Source: Janthinobacterium lividum
GTDB taxonomy: Bacteria > Pseudomonadota > Alphaproteobacteria > Rhizobiales > Beijerinckiaceae
Length of the DNA stretch: 64,000 nt
Assembly (NCBI GenBank): GCA_050920985.1
Contig: JBPBQY010000044.1
Location: 22,123-86,122 of the forward strand
Reading direction: 5' to 3'
A model generated the notes under the pieces. The model worked only from the letters and a program-made list of their open reading frames with translations. It was not told where the DNA came from and searched no databases. The translations under genes were made by a program, and so were the position numbers. Shown here one piece after another: positions 38,915-48,684 of the stretch. Positions within the stretch are counted from its first letter, which is position 1, and each line of letters begins with the position of its first letter.

Positions 38915-40909
38915 TCAGCCCCGGCGACTAAAGCTCTGGGCTACCGCCAAGCCGCGGCGCATATCGGCCGTGCCGATCTCTGGACCGGTCGCCGAGACCG
39001 CGGCGCCGAAGGCACGGCCGAAGTCCGAGGTCTGGTCCATCGCCAGCCTGCCGGCTGCAATATCGGCATCGAAGCCTGTGAGCTCGCTGCCGGCCCCGGT
39101 TCCGTCGAGCGCCAACGCCATCGCCAGCATGGCGAAGCTACCCGGCGCTGCCCGCACGAGACGCGGATCCGCGCGCGCCACTCGATAGGCATTGACGAAG
39201 CGCTTAATGCTGCGCGGCGTGCCGCCCGTGAAGGGGGCCAACCGCTTGACCAGTTCCGTCTCGAAGGGCTGCAGCGGTCGGTCGAGCGCCGACTGCGACG
39301 GATCGACCGGGAGGGGCGACAGGGATCCGACGACGCGCCGATCGAGAAGCCGCTCGGCTAATTCGGCCGGGTCGGGCGCGGCAGGGCCGAGGTCGTAGGA
39401 CAGTTGCACGGCGCGATCGAGCCGGGCTGCCGCCAGGGCAGGATCGAACTCGCTCAGCGCCGCGCCGATCTGGTCGCGCTCCAGTGTCACCAGCATGACG
39501 AATCCGTCCCGCGCCAGCAGGCGGTGGGCCGTTGACAGGAAAGCCGCTGCCTCGGCCGGCGCCAGCCGGTCGAGACCGTCGATGGCGAAGAGCATGCGCT
39601 CGGGCCCGCCACCAGATTCCGCGGCCATGCCCTGGCTCAGCTTGGCGAAGAAGCCTTCCGCCGCCGCCTCAGGCGGGCGAGCCAGGCCGAAAAGCTCACG
39701 CGCCAGCGCCGCGCCGTGGTCCGACAGGCTGGAGCCCTGGCGCGATTCGGCGCGACGGTGCGCCTCCTCGGCGCCGTGGCCGGCGGTTTCCGCCTCTCGG
39801 GCCAGCGTATCAACGCGCCGTGTTTGATGCGCCAGCAGCCCGTCGAGGTCTCGCCGCCGTTCGGCCAGATCGCCCTTGAGCAGTGCGATGCCCCGGAAGA
39901 TGGGCTCGAGGAAGCGGGCCGCCCGCACTACGGCGGCGAGCAACGCCAGCGCCGCCAGGGCCAACGCGATGCGGCTCGCCGGCTGCAGCAGATCGAGATG
40001 ACCACGAGCCCAATCGGTGACGGCGGCGAAGTGGTCGCCGAAGCCCGCGAGCCAACGCGTCATGGCGTCGGGATCGTCGGCGCCGGAACCCGCCGCCCAG
40101 CCCAGCACGCCGAGCAGGACGGCGAGGACCAGCAGCGTGCCCTGGCCCTTGAAGCCCCACAGAGCCCGCAGCGCGAGGCCGAGCTTCGAGCCGCCGCCGC
40201 TCGTCTCGGCCCCGTCCCGTACCAGCTCCTTGAAGGTCCGGACGGGATCGCCGGTCGGTAGGCCGAAGGCGCGGAGCCGCGCTTCGATCCGGCCACGGTT
40301 CGATCGCGCGAAACCGTCGACGCGCGAGCCCGCGCCGTCGAACAGCACCGTCTCTGTCAGCCGGGCGCGGCGGGCGCCCAGGCTGTCGAGCGTCTGGCGT
40401 TCGCTGTCGAGGCTGCGGCGGAGGGCATTGACGCGCTCTCCGGCGAGCCGAGCGGCCTCGCGCGGATCGCCGCCCGCATGGACGGCTTCCTCGGCGAGGC
40501 TGGCTTGATTTTCTGCCAATGCATCGAGCGCGGCCTCGACGAGGAGCGGTGCCGCGCCGCGGCCCGGCGCTGCGTCGATCCGGGCCAGGATCACGCGGCT
40601 TACGAAGGTGGATTGTCCGGATCCGTCCCGCGCGGCTTCGGCGAGTTGGGCGGCGCTATCGAGAATGGCACCGAGGAAATGGCTCTTGCCGGAGCCTGCC
40701 GGGCCGAAGATGCCAATGGCGAGGGGCGTCTCCGCGTGTCGGTGCAGGCCGACCTCGGCCAACAGAGCCGTGGCCGCGCGACGATCGAGATCCGTGGCTC
40801 CGGCTGCATCGGAAGCGAAGACCGGCAGGGCATCCGGGGCGCGCGGTTCAGGCCGCGGGGCCGGCTCGACGGGAGACGGCTGGTAGGACGCGATGGCGGT
40901 CGAGGTCAC
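38915..40909 (-). CDS. KAP-family P-loop NTPase with internal TM helices
   Basis: PLAIGIFGPAGSGKS, TM segments plus coiled coils, Walker B-like FAIDGLDRL, TPRSIKRFVN.YR; RBS AAGGAG before GTG 40909. Confidence 0.8.
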   Translation of the reverse strand: MTSTAIASYQPSPVEPAPRPEPRAPDALPVFASDAAGATDLDRRAATALLAEVGLHRHAETPLAIGIFGPAGSGKSHFLGAILDSAAQLAEAARDGSGQSTFVSRVILARIDAAPGRGAAPLLVEAALDALAENQASLAEEAVHAGGDPREAARLAGERVNALRRSLDSERQTLDSLGARRARLTETVLFDGAGSRVDGFARSNRGRIEARLRAFGLPTGDPVRTFKELVRDGAETSGGGSKLGLALRALWGFKGQGTLLVLAVLLGVLGWAAGSGADDPDAMTRWLAGFGDHFAAVTDWARGHLDLLQPASRIALALAALALLAAVVRAARFLEPIFRGIALLKGDLAERRRDLDGLLAHQTRRVDTLAREAETAGHGAEEAHRRAESRQGSSLSDHGAALARELFGLARPPEAAAEGFFAKLSQGMAAESGGGPERMLFAIDGLDRLAPAEAAAFLSTAHRLLARDGFVMLVTLERDQIGAALSEFDPALAAARLDRAVQLSYDLGPAAPDPAELAERLLDRRVVGSLSPLPVDPSQSALDRPLQPFETELVKRLAPFTGGTPRSIKRFVNAYRVARADPRLVRAAPGSFAMLAMALALDGTGAGSELTGFDADIAAGRLAMDQTSDFGRAFGAAVSATGPEIGTADMRRGLAVAQSFSRRG

Positions 40910-41102
40910 GAGCGGCTCCTTGAAGACACCTCGGAGCCTTAGCGCTTGAGCTTGACGCTTGTGAGGCGGGCTGTCCCCGGACCAGGGCCCTCGGTCACCT
41001 GGCTCACTCACCGGCAAGGACGCGGCCCCGCGGACCCTCGCCGGTTCAGCCGCCGCCCTCCGGTCTCGTGGCGCAGCCCTGCGATGCGCTTTCTGCTCAG
41101 AA

Positions 41103-41116
41103 GACAATCGATTGTC
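41103..41116. promoter_or_regulatory. Perfect 14-bp palindrome GACAATCGATTGTC in a divergent promoter region
   Basis: Read directly; immediately followed by a second palindrome, CACATGTG. Confidence 0.4.
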
Positions 41117-41222
41117 ACATGTGTCTGTTTCGGAGGCTCTGGAGATGTGTGATCCTCATTATACAGGACGCGACATAAAGTCGTGCCTGGCGCCCTATGA
41201 CGATCTATAGTTGGAGAGTGAG

Positions 41223-41474
41223 ATGCCATCGAGAGATATAGCGGGCGACAACCTCGCCATCCTGCAGACGTATGCCCCGGATAGCTACAAGAGTCTCGAG
41301 AAGAAATTCAGGGAGTCCGATGACAAAGCCACCCGAAAGGCGATGCTAGACTGGATGGTCGAGCATCACTTCGGAGACGAGAAGGCTCCGGGTCACATGT
41401 CTGGAAAGCCAGGCGACAAGATGCAGAAAGGAACGGAGGACTTCATCAAGGCCGTGGCCACGGCCCTGCGGTAG
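41223..41474 (+). CDS. Hypothetical small charged helical protein (83 aa)
   Basis: RBS GGAGAG; host-like codon usage; no family recognised. Confidence 0.65.
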   Translation: MPSRDIAGDNLAILQTYAPDSYKSLEKKFRESDDKATRKAMLDWMVEHHFGDEKAPGHMSGKPGDKMQKGTEDFIKAVATALR

Positions 41475-41600
41475 GTTCGGCTGCCTTGCGATCGCATCAG
41501 GCCGCCTCCGATCGCTCGTCACGACCCGAACGAGAGCCGCCGGGCTTCACGAGAGCCTCCGTCCGAATGCGCGACGACCATGAGGGTCAGGGAGGAACAG

Positions 41601-42275
41601 ATGAGAACGCTGTCTGCACCGGATCTGCTGAAGTACACGACCATGAACGCGCAACGCGCCCTCGATAAGGAGCCCGCCGATGCCGCGTGCTGGAACTGGG
41701 TACTCTATGGACTGCAGGCCATACCGGTCCCACAGCCGTCATTGCTGTTCGGCTATGTCCATCGTGCGCCGGCGCCGAACCAGACGCGGGCCGATGCCGC
41801 TGCGGCGATCGACGGCAATGCCAACCATCTCTACGACAACCTTCGAGCGCACCAGCCGCTGCGGCAGGAGCTCGACTCCATCCGCATGGCCTACGATCTC
41901 GAGACCGACGACGCCACGACCCGCAATCACGTCCGGGACGCGGTCTTCGAGGTCACCGTCAAGGCTGCCGGCTTCACGATCTCGGCCGGCGCCACATCCT
42001 ATTGCATCTGCATGTTCGAACCGCAGGACACGGTGATGTGGGATCACTGGTGGCTCGAGATCGACGGCGCCGTGGTCGAGACCGTGACGGGCCAGAGGCT
42101 CTACGCCTACTCGAACCAATATCTGGCGCCGGCCTTCTGCCACCCGCGCGACCGGGTCCAGAACAAGATCGCGGCTCACGGGCTCTTCGCCGAGCAGCAG
42201 GCCCGGGTTCACGCCCGGTATGTCACGTCGCTGCAGGACGGGCAGGCCCACTGGCTGGAGATGCTGAGCGGCTGA
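41601..42275 (+). CDS. Hypothetical protein, possible papain/transglutaminase-like Cys-His enzyme
   Basis: RBS GGAGG; ACWNW near the N terminus and DHWWLEIDG..VET downstream. Confidence 0.6.
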   Translation: MRTLSAPDLLKYTTMNAQRALDKEPADAACWNWVLYGLQAIPVPQPSLLFGYVHRAPAPNQTRADAAAAIDGNANHLYDNLRAHQPLRQELDSIRMAYDLETDDATTRNHVRDAVFEVTVKAAGFTISAGATSYCICMFEPQDTVMWDHWWLEIDGAVVETVTGQRLYAYSNQYLAPAFCHPRDRVQNKIAAHGLFAEQQARVHARYVTSLQDGQAHWLEMLSG

Positions 42276-42374
42276 TGCCGTCCTGGCTGCCGCTCTCGCC
42301 GGGTTGAACGGCATCCTGGCGGCTGCTACCTGTCACGCCGATCCCCATTCTGCGAGCGACAGCCGGCAATCCCC

Positions 42375-44030
42375 ATGGCAGCCAATCAATTCGTCTATCA
42401 CATGCAGGGCCTGACCAAGGCCTATCCCGGCGGCAAGAAGGTGTTGGACAACGTCCACCTGTCCTTCTACCCGACCGCCAAGATCGGTGTGCTGGGCATC
42501 AACGGCTCGGGCAAGTCGACGCTGCTGCGCATCATGGCCGGCATCGACACGGAATTCGTCGGCGAGGGTTTCGTGGCCGAGGGCGCGCGCGTCGGCTACC
42601 TGCCGCAGGAGCCGCATCTCGACCCGGACCTCGGCGTGCGCGGCAACGTCATGCTGGGCGTCGCCAAGAAGCAGGCGATCCTCGACCGTTACAACGAACT
42701 GGCGATGAACTACTCGGACGAGACCGCCGATGAGATGACCACGCTCCAGGACGAGATCGAGGCGCAGGGTCTGTGGGATCTCGATGCCCAGGTCGACCAG
42801 GCCATGGATGCGCTCGGCTGCCCGCCCGAGGATGCCGACATCGACAGCCTGTCGGGCGGCGAGCGCCGCCGCGTGGCTCTGTGCAAGCTGCTGCTCGAGA
42901 AGCCCGAGATGCTTCTGCTCGACGAGCCCACCAACCATCTCGACGCCGAGACGGTGTCGTGGCTCGAAGGTCACCTGCGCGCCTATCCGGGTGCGATCCT
43001 GATCGTGACCCATGACCGCTACTTCCTCGACAACGTCACGGGCTGGATCCTCGAGCTCGATCGCGGCCGTGGCATTCCCTACGAGGGCAATTATTCGAGC
43101 TGGCTGAAGCAGAAGCAGAAGCGCCTGCTGCAGGAAGGCCGCGAGGACGAGGCGCGCCAGCGCGCGCTCGAGCAGGAAAGCGAGTGGATCGCCTCCTCGC
43201 CCAAAGCGCGGCAGTCGAAGTCGAAGGCCCGCGTGCAGCGCTACGAGGATCTCGTGGCGAAGAGCGAGGAGCGCGTGCCCTCCATCACCCAGATCGTCAT
43301 TCCGGTGGCGGAGCGGCTCGGCCAGAACGTCATCGAGTTCGACGGGCTGAAGAAGGCCTTCGGCGACCGCCTGCTCATCGACGACCTGTCGTTCAAGCTG
43401 CCGCCGGGCGGCATCGTCGGCATCATCGGGCCCAACGGCGCCGGCAAGACCACCTTGTTCAAGATGATCACCGGCCAGGAGACGCCCGACGCCGGCACCC
43501 TGAAGATCGGCGAGTCGGTGCAGCTCGGCTACGTCGACCAGTCCCGCGACACGCTCGACGGCAAGAAGAACGTCTGGGAGGAGATCTCCGACGGCAACGA
43601 GATCATCTATCTCGGCAAGAAGGAGATCAACTCCCGCGCCTATTGTTCGGCCTTCAACTTCAAGGGCGGCGACCAGCAGAAGAAGGTCGGCATGCTGTCG
43701 GGCGGCGAGCGCAACCGCGTGCATCTCGCCAAGATGCTGAAGAAGGGCGCCAACGTCCTGCTCCTCGACGAGCCGACCAACGACCTCGACGTCGACACGC
43801 TGCGGGTGCTGGAAGACGCGCTGCTGGCCTTTGCGGGCTGCGCCGTCATCATCAGCCATGATCGCTTCTTCCTCGACCGCATCGCCACCCATATGCTGGC
43901 CTTCGAGGGCGACAGCCACGTCGAATGGTTCGAGGGCAACTTCGCCGATTACGAAGAGGACAAGAAGCGGCGCCTCGGCGTCGACAAGCTCGTCCCCCAC
44001 CGCATGAAGTACAAGAAGTTCTCGCGCTGA
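42375..44030 (+). CDS. ettA: Energy-dependent translational throttle protein EttA (ABC-F)
   Basis: Two NBDs (G.NGSGKST, GPNGAGKTT), LSGGERRR, LDEPTNHLD, HDRYFLDNV, FEGNF.DYE. Confidence 0.97.
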   Translation: MAANQFVYHMQGLTKAYPGGKKVLDNVHLSFYPTAKIGVLGINGSGKSTLLRIMAGIDTEFVGEGFVAEGARVGYLPQEPHLDPDLGVRGNVMLGVAKKQAILDRYNELAMNYSDETADEMTTLQDEIEAQGLWDLDAQVDQAMDALGCPPEDADIDSLSGGERRRVALCKLLLEKPEMLLLDEPTNHLDAETVSWLEGHLRAYPGAILIVTHDRYFLDNVTGWILELDRGRGIPYEGNYSSWLKQKQKRLLQEGREDEARQRALEQESEWIASSPKARQSKSKARVQRYEDLVAKSEERVPSITQIVIPVAERLGQNVIEFDGLKKAFGDRLLIDDLSFKLPPGGIVGIIGPNGAGKTTLFKMITGQETPDAGTLKIGESVQLGYVDQSRDTLDGKKNVWEEISDGNEIIYLGKKEINSRAYCSAFNFKGGDQQKKVGMLSGGERNRVHLAKMLKKGANVLLLDEPTNDLDVDTLRVLEDALLAFAGCAVIISHDRFFLDRIATHMLAFEGDSHVEWFEGNFADYEEDKKRRLGVDKLVPHRMKYKKFSR

Positions 44031-44150
44031 GGCGATGACTCGTCGGGCTCTGCGAGCGATCGCTGAGTCTGCGGCCTGAATGGGTACGGGAGAATCCTCT
44101 CTGCCTGATTGGCTATCGGGTTCACTCTCCTCGAAGCGTCGGGGTTCAGC

Positions 44151-44198
44151 GCCCTTCTTCCCTGCGGGGTGAAGGTGCCCGACAGGGCGGGCGGAGGA
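44151..44198. repeat. Single degenerate REP-like unit
   Basis: CCCTTCTTCCCTGCGGGGTGAAGGTGCCCGACAGGGCGGGCGGAGG resembles alphaproteobacterial intergenic palindromic repeats. Confidence 0.35.
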
Positions 44199-44357
44199 TT
44201 GGGAGCCGGCTAGACGCCCTCGTCCGGTGCTTCGTGCTCTCGTCTCCCGAGACCTGACACGAGAGCACCGTCTGTCACATTAACTGAAAATCAGTCGTTG
44301 AATTTGTCGTGAGCCGAACAGCGTCGATGATGGCCGCCTCCGAGCATCGAGGCGAGT

Positions 44358-45551
44358 ATGGCGACGAAGGATCAGGACCAATTAGTAGCAGGGCAGCGTC
44401 CCGGCAAGGAACAGGTCGTCGGGCTCGATGTCCTGCGCTTCGCAGCGGCGCTCCTGGTCATGTTCTATCATCTCGGCAGCATGTCCTGGCGGGTGTCCGG
44501 CAACCCTGCCGCCAGGATCATCGACGCTCCCCTGAGCCTTCCCCGTATGCTACCCCTGACCTCTTTCGGGTGGGTCGGAGTCGAGCTCTTCTTCGTGATC
44601 TCGGGCTTTGTCATCCTTTACTCGTCGGAGGGTCAGTCTGCAGCGGCCTTCGCCAAGCTCCGCGCCCTGCGCCTGCTGCCCTGCATCTGGTTCAGTGCAC
44701 TGGCCTGCGCCTGTGTTGCCGTGATCTTCTCGCATGAACCCGTCTACTGGACCCTGGCGCGTCTTCTGATGACCCTGGCCGTTTATCCCGTGCCGTTTTG
44801 GATCGACAATGTCTACTGGACCCTCAACGTCGAAATCTCGTTCTACCTTCTAGTTTATGTGCTGATCCGGCAAGGTAATCCGGCGCGCCTGGAAATAGTG
44901 GTGACTGCTCTAGGCTGCTTCAGCTCGGTGCTATGGCTGCTGGCAGACACGGGCTTGGTTCCCCACCTTGCGTACTACCTCAATAAGCATGTCTCGCGCG
45001 TTCTGCTTTTCACTCAGGGCGGTTATTTCGCACTCGGCGTCATCGCTTTTCGCGTCATGCGGGATGGCGCTACCATGCGGAGGATCGCCGCTGCCGCGCT
45101 GTGCCTCGTCGGCGCGCTCTGCGAAATCCGAGCAGGATCGACGATCGATAGCGTGTTCCTCGGTGTCGAGGACAACCCCATCATCCCTCAATCGGTGTTC
45201 CTCGTTGGGATGGCAATCTTTGCCACCTCCCTCCTGCTCAGGGCACCCCTCGGCGCGTGGCTCTCAGGCTGGCGTCGGCCCATCAGGCTGCTGGGCCTGT
45301 CGACCTATCCGCTCTATCTGCTTCACACGACATTCGGCGGCTTGGCATTGCATGTCGCGCTACGGGTTGGCTTGTCGGACGAGGCCGCGCTGGCGGCGGC
45401 GATCCTGTTCAATCTCGGCCTGGCCCTCTTCGTCGCGTCTCGCGTGGAACCGCTCCTGCGCGGTCGCCTACGAATGTGGTTGGACCGCCTGCCTCTCGAC
45501 AGTCGCATGGGCGGACCAGTGACGGCCAATCCCGTACCGGCGCGACGCTGA
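44358..45551 (+). CDS. Acyltransferase family 3 (OafA-like) membrane protein
   Basis: LD.LRF.AA.LV..YH, GVELFFVISGFVI, R.LRL.P, YWTL.VE..FY, G..TY.LYL.H. Confidence 0.92.
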   Translation: MATKDQDQLVAGQRPGKEQVVGLDVLRFAAALLVMFYHLGSMSWRVSGNPAARIIDAPLSLPRMLPLTSFGWVGVELFFVISGFVILYSSEGQSAAAFAKLRALRLLPCIWFSALACACVAVIFSHEPVYWTLARLLMTLAVYPVPFWIDNVYWTLNVEISFYLLVYVLIRQGNPARLEIVVTALGCFSSVLWLLADTGLVPHLAYYLNKHVSRVLLFTQGGYFALGVIAFRVMRDGATMRRIAAAALCLVGALCEIRAGSTIDSVFLGVEDNPIIPQSVFLVGMAIFATSLLLRAPLGAWLSGWRRPIRLLGLSTYPLYLLHTTFGGLALHVALRVGLSDEAALAAAILFNLGLALFVASRVEPLLRGRLRMWLDRLPLDSRMGGPVTANPVPARR

Positions 45552-45562
45552 CTGATCTCCGC

Positions 45563-45715
45563 TTGCTTGGCAGGAGGGGCGAGCCCCCAGGCTCATGGAA
45601 AGGGATGGGCAAGGTGCAATACCCGTTCCACCTACCCGGCTCAGCTCAGCCTGCACCCTCCAACAAACAGAACCGACGCCCCGTGCTACAAGTCGCGCCG
45701 CCACGGCGCCTTCTT
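45563..45715 (+). ncRNA. Putative structured small RNA (BjrC1505-like, from recollection of that family)
   Basis: Intergenic; hairpin GGGATGGG-CAAGGTGCAATA-CCCGTTCC, then CCTACCCGGCTCAGCT..AACAAACA and a terminal GC hairpin with a T-rich tail. Confidence 0.45.
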
Positions 45716-45825
45716 GCAGAGCTGCGCGCACGACATTCACCATTTTGGGTCTGAGCTTGGACTCAGCGTCGGCTGCCCCATAAACAGACGACAGCCGACA
45801 AGCTCGGCCTTTCAGGGAGACAACG

Positions 45826-46254
45826 ATGCGTTCGACGATGCTTCTGGCCGGGATGGCCGTCGCGGCCCTTTTCGCCGCCGCGCCCGCTTCCGCCGAGACG
45901 GTCCAGTATAAGGCCACGATCATGCCCGCCACCGAGGTGCCGCCCGTCACCAACAGCAAGGCCACGGGCGACCTCGCCGCAACCTACGACACCACCACCA
46001 AGGTGCTGACCTACACCGCCACCTATTCGGGCCTGACCGGCCCCGCCACGATGGCGCACTTCCACGGCCCGGCACCGGTCGGCAAGAACGCCGGCGTGAT
46101 GGTGCCGATCAAAGGCGACCTCGCGAGCCCCATCAAGGGCACCGCGACCCTCACCGACGAACAGGCCAAGGCGCTGACGAGCGGCGACATGTATTTCAAC
46201 ATCCACACCGCCGCCAACAAGGCCGGCGAGATGCGCGGACAGGTCGTCAAGTAA
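45826..46254 (+). CDS. Secreted CHRD-domain protein
   Basis: Signal peptide; EVPP..S.ATG, YSGLTGP.T.AHFHGPA, G.MYFN.HT.AN..GE.RGQ. Confidence 0.92.
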   Translation: MRSTMLLAGMAVAALFAAAPASAETVQYKATIMPATEVPPVTNSKATGDLAATYDTTTKVLTYTATYSGLTGPATMAHFHGPAPVGKNAGVMVPIKGDLASPIKGTATLTDEQAKALTSGDMYFNIHTAANKAGEMRGQVVK

Positions 46255-46261
46255 GTCACGG

Positions 46262-46287
46262 GATCCGCGGCGGGTCGCCTGCGGATC
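46262..46287 (+). terminator. Hairpin downstream of the CHRD gene
   Basis: GATCCGCGGCG-GGT-CGCCTGCGGATC. Confidence 0.5.
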
Positions 46288-46364
46288 AGAAACGACCGGC
46301 TTCCGCCGAGCCCCGGCGGAGGCCGCCTGCTGAACTCGGTCGCCTTCCTCTCGCGGCGAGAAGC

Positions 46365-47900
46365 ATGACCGGCCCGCAGCCCAATATCCTCATCGTCATG
46401 GTCGACCAGCTGGCGCCGCGGTTCCTGCCGATCCACGGTCACCCGCTGGTCAAGGCGCCCAACCTCGAGCGGCTGGCTGGGCGCGGCACGGTCTTCGACA
46501 GCGCCTATTGCAACAGCCCGCTCTGCTCGCCCTCCCGCACCGCCTTCATGACGGGGGCGCTGCCGTCCCGCACCGGCGGCTACGACAATGCCGCCGAGTT
46601 TCGTGCCGACATCCCCACCTTCGCGCATTACCTGCGCCGGCTCGGCTACCGCACGATCCTGTCGGGCAAGATGCATTTCTGCGGGCCCGACCAGTTGCAC
46701 GGTTTCGAGGAGCGGCTGACCACCGACATCTATCCCGCCGACTACGGTTGGACGCCGGACTGGGAGCGGCCCGAGGAGCGGCCGAGCTGGTACCACAACA
46801 TGTCCTCGGTGACGGAGGCGGGGCTCTGCGTCCGCACCAACCAGATGGATTTCGACGAGGAGGTCGCCTTCGCGGCCGAGCGGGCCATCTACGACCACGT
46901 CCGCGCCAAGGACCGCCGGCCGTTCCTGATGGTGGCGTCGCTGACCCACCCGCACGATCCTTTCGCCATCACCCAGCCCTATTGGGACCTCTACCCGCAC
47001 GAGGACATCGCCCGGCCTTCGGTCGGGCTCGGCGACGTGGCGCGCGATCCCCATAGCGACCGCATCCGCCACGTCTGCGCCATGGACGCCGAGCCCATCA
47101 GCGACGAGCAGATCCGGAACGCCCGGCACGCCTATTTCGGGGCGATCTCCTTCTGCGACGCGCAACTCGGGCGCCTGCTCGACGCGCTCGACGCCACCCG
47201 CCTCGACGACACGGTGGTGCTGTTCCTCGGCGACCACGGCGAGATGCTGGGCGAGCGCGGCCTCTGGTACAAGATGAGCTTCTTCGAGGGTGCGGCGCGC
47301 GTGCCGCTGGTGATCTCGGCGCCGGGCCGGTTCGCTCCGGGGCGGGTCTCGGCCTCGGTGTCGCTGATCGACGTGCTGCCGACGCTGGTCGAGATCGCGG
47401 GCGGGGACGTCGCGCATCTCGCGAGCCCGGTCGACGGGCGGAGCCTCGTGCCGCATCTCGCGGGGCAGGGGGGGCACGACGAGGTCGTGGGCGAGTATCT
47501 CGCCGAGGGGGCCCTGGCGCCACTGGTCATGCTGCGGCGGGGGCCCTGGAAGTTCATCCATTCGCCGGCCGATCCGGACCAGCTCTTCGACCTCGCCGCG
47601 GATCCCGAGGAGCTGCGCAACCTCGCCGCCGAGCCCGGCTCGGCCAGGCGTGTGGCGGAGTTCCGCGCCGAGGTGGCGCGACGCTGGGACTTGGCCACGC
47701 TCGACCGCGCCGTGCGCGAGAGCCAGAGCCGGCGTCGCCTCGTCGATGCCGCGCTGATGACCGGCGTCACCAAGCCCTGGGATTTTCAGCCGTTCCGCGA
47801 CGCCACGAAGCAGTACATGCGCAACACCATGGACCTCGACGACCTCGAAGCCATGGCGCGCTTCCCCCGCGTCACGCGGGGCGGAGAACCGGAGCCCTGA
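46365..47900 (+). CDS. betC: Choline-sulfatase
   Basis: PNILIVMVDQL, FGly motif CSPSR, GKMHF.GPDQLHGFE.RLT, HPHDP, DHG.MLGERG.WYKM, W.FQP. Confidence 0.95.
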   Translation: MTGPQPNILIVMVDQLAPRFLPIHGHPLVKAPNLERLAGRGTVFDSAYCNSPLCSPSRTAFMTGALPSRTGGYDNAAEFRADIPTFAHYLRRLGYRTILSGKMHFCGPDQLHGFEERLTTDIYPADYGWTPDWERPEERPSWYHNMSSVTEAGLCVRTNQMDFDEEVAFAAERAIYDHVRAKDRRPFLMVASLTHPHDPFAITQPYWDLYPHEDIARPSVGLGDVARDPHSDRIRHVCAMDAEPISDEQIRNARHAYFGAISFCDAQLGRLLDALDATRLDDTVVLFLGDHGEMLGERGLWYKMSFFEGAARVPLVISAPGRFAPGRVSASVSLIDVLPTLVEIAGGDVAHLASPVDGRSLVPHLAGQGGHDEVVGEYLAEGALAPLVMLRRGPWKFIHSPADPDQLFDLAADPEELRNLAAEPGSARRVAEFRAEVARRWDLATLDRAVRESQSRRRLVDAALMTGVTKPWDFQPFRDATKQYMRNTMDLDDLEAMARFPRVTRGGEPEP

Positions 47901-47955
47901 GACGGCTTTCGGCCGCTGCTTTACGCTGGCCTTTAACCGGATGGCGTCGAGAAAG

Positions 47956-48198
47956 TCAGGCCTTGCCGGACTTGCACTTGCGCATGAAGGCCGAGCGGGG
48001 CTTGCCGTGCACGTTGGCGGTGTCGGCCTTCTTGGAACATTCGAGGGACTGGGCGGTGCGGGGCTTCTGGGCGGCCTTGGCGGCCGGTGCCATAGCGGGG
48101 GCGGCCGGAGCGGCAGCGGGCGCGGCTGCCTGGGCGAAGGCGCCGCTCGCCGACAACGTGAGGGCCAGGGCGGCGATGAGCGTCAGTCTGCTGGTCAT
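47956..48198 (-). CDS. PsiF-family small secreted protein
   Basis: Signal peptide, AP-rich linker, ECS..AD...HGK.R..FM.KCK. Confidence 0.8.
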   Translation of the reverse strand: MTSRLTLIAALALTLSASGAFAQAAAPAAAPAAPAMAPAAKAAQKPRTAQSLECSKKADTANVHGKPRSAFMRKCKSGKA

Positions 48199-48410
48199 GA
48201 CATGTCCATCCGTGGTGAGGTCGAGGCAGCGCCGGAGGTGAGTCGCCGAGCGATGTCTCAGCAAAGCCTAAGGTCCTGGCTGTCTCCGTCAAAGCACGCC
48301 GAGTTCTTGGTTCGGGACTTTGCCGCTTTTTCGGGCTCCTGTGACGCGCTTGTCACAGCCTGTCGCCTGAGCCACCATCGCCCACGAGGCGCGAGACCGG
48401 GAGGCCGACG

Positions 48411-48620
48411 ATGCGTTGGAGTTTGAGGCTCTTCCTGCTGGCCGCTTTCTCGGCCGCCCCGGCCCTCGCGCGTTCGCTGCCGAAGGCCGAGCCCACCCCT
48501 GCGGCGAGGCCCTGTCCCGAGATGGGCGAAGGCTTCGTCCGCCTCGCCGGCTCGGACACCTGCGTGAAGCTCGGCGGCAGCGTTCGGGTCGAGGTCCTGA
48601 AGCAGAGTGGCGACCGCTGA
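48411..48620 (+). CDS. Small secreted protein matching the N-terminal motif of alphaproteobacterial Omp2-type porins
   Basis: Signal peptide plus C...G.GF...G.DTC.K.GG.VR.E. Confidence 0.7.
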   Translation: MRWSLRLFLLAAFSAAPALARSLPKAEPTPAARPCPEMGEGFVRLAGSDTCVKLGGSVRVEVLKQSGDR

Positions 48621-48684
48621 CAGGCATGCGGTGGGCTGTTAAGCCTCCGGGCACAGACTGCCACGCTCGCTACAGGACAAGATC

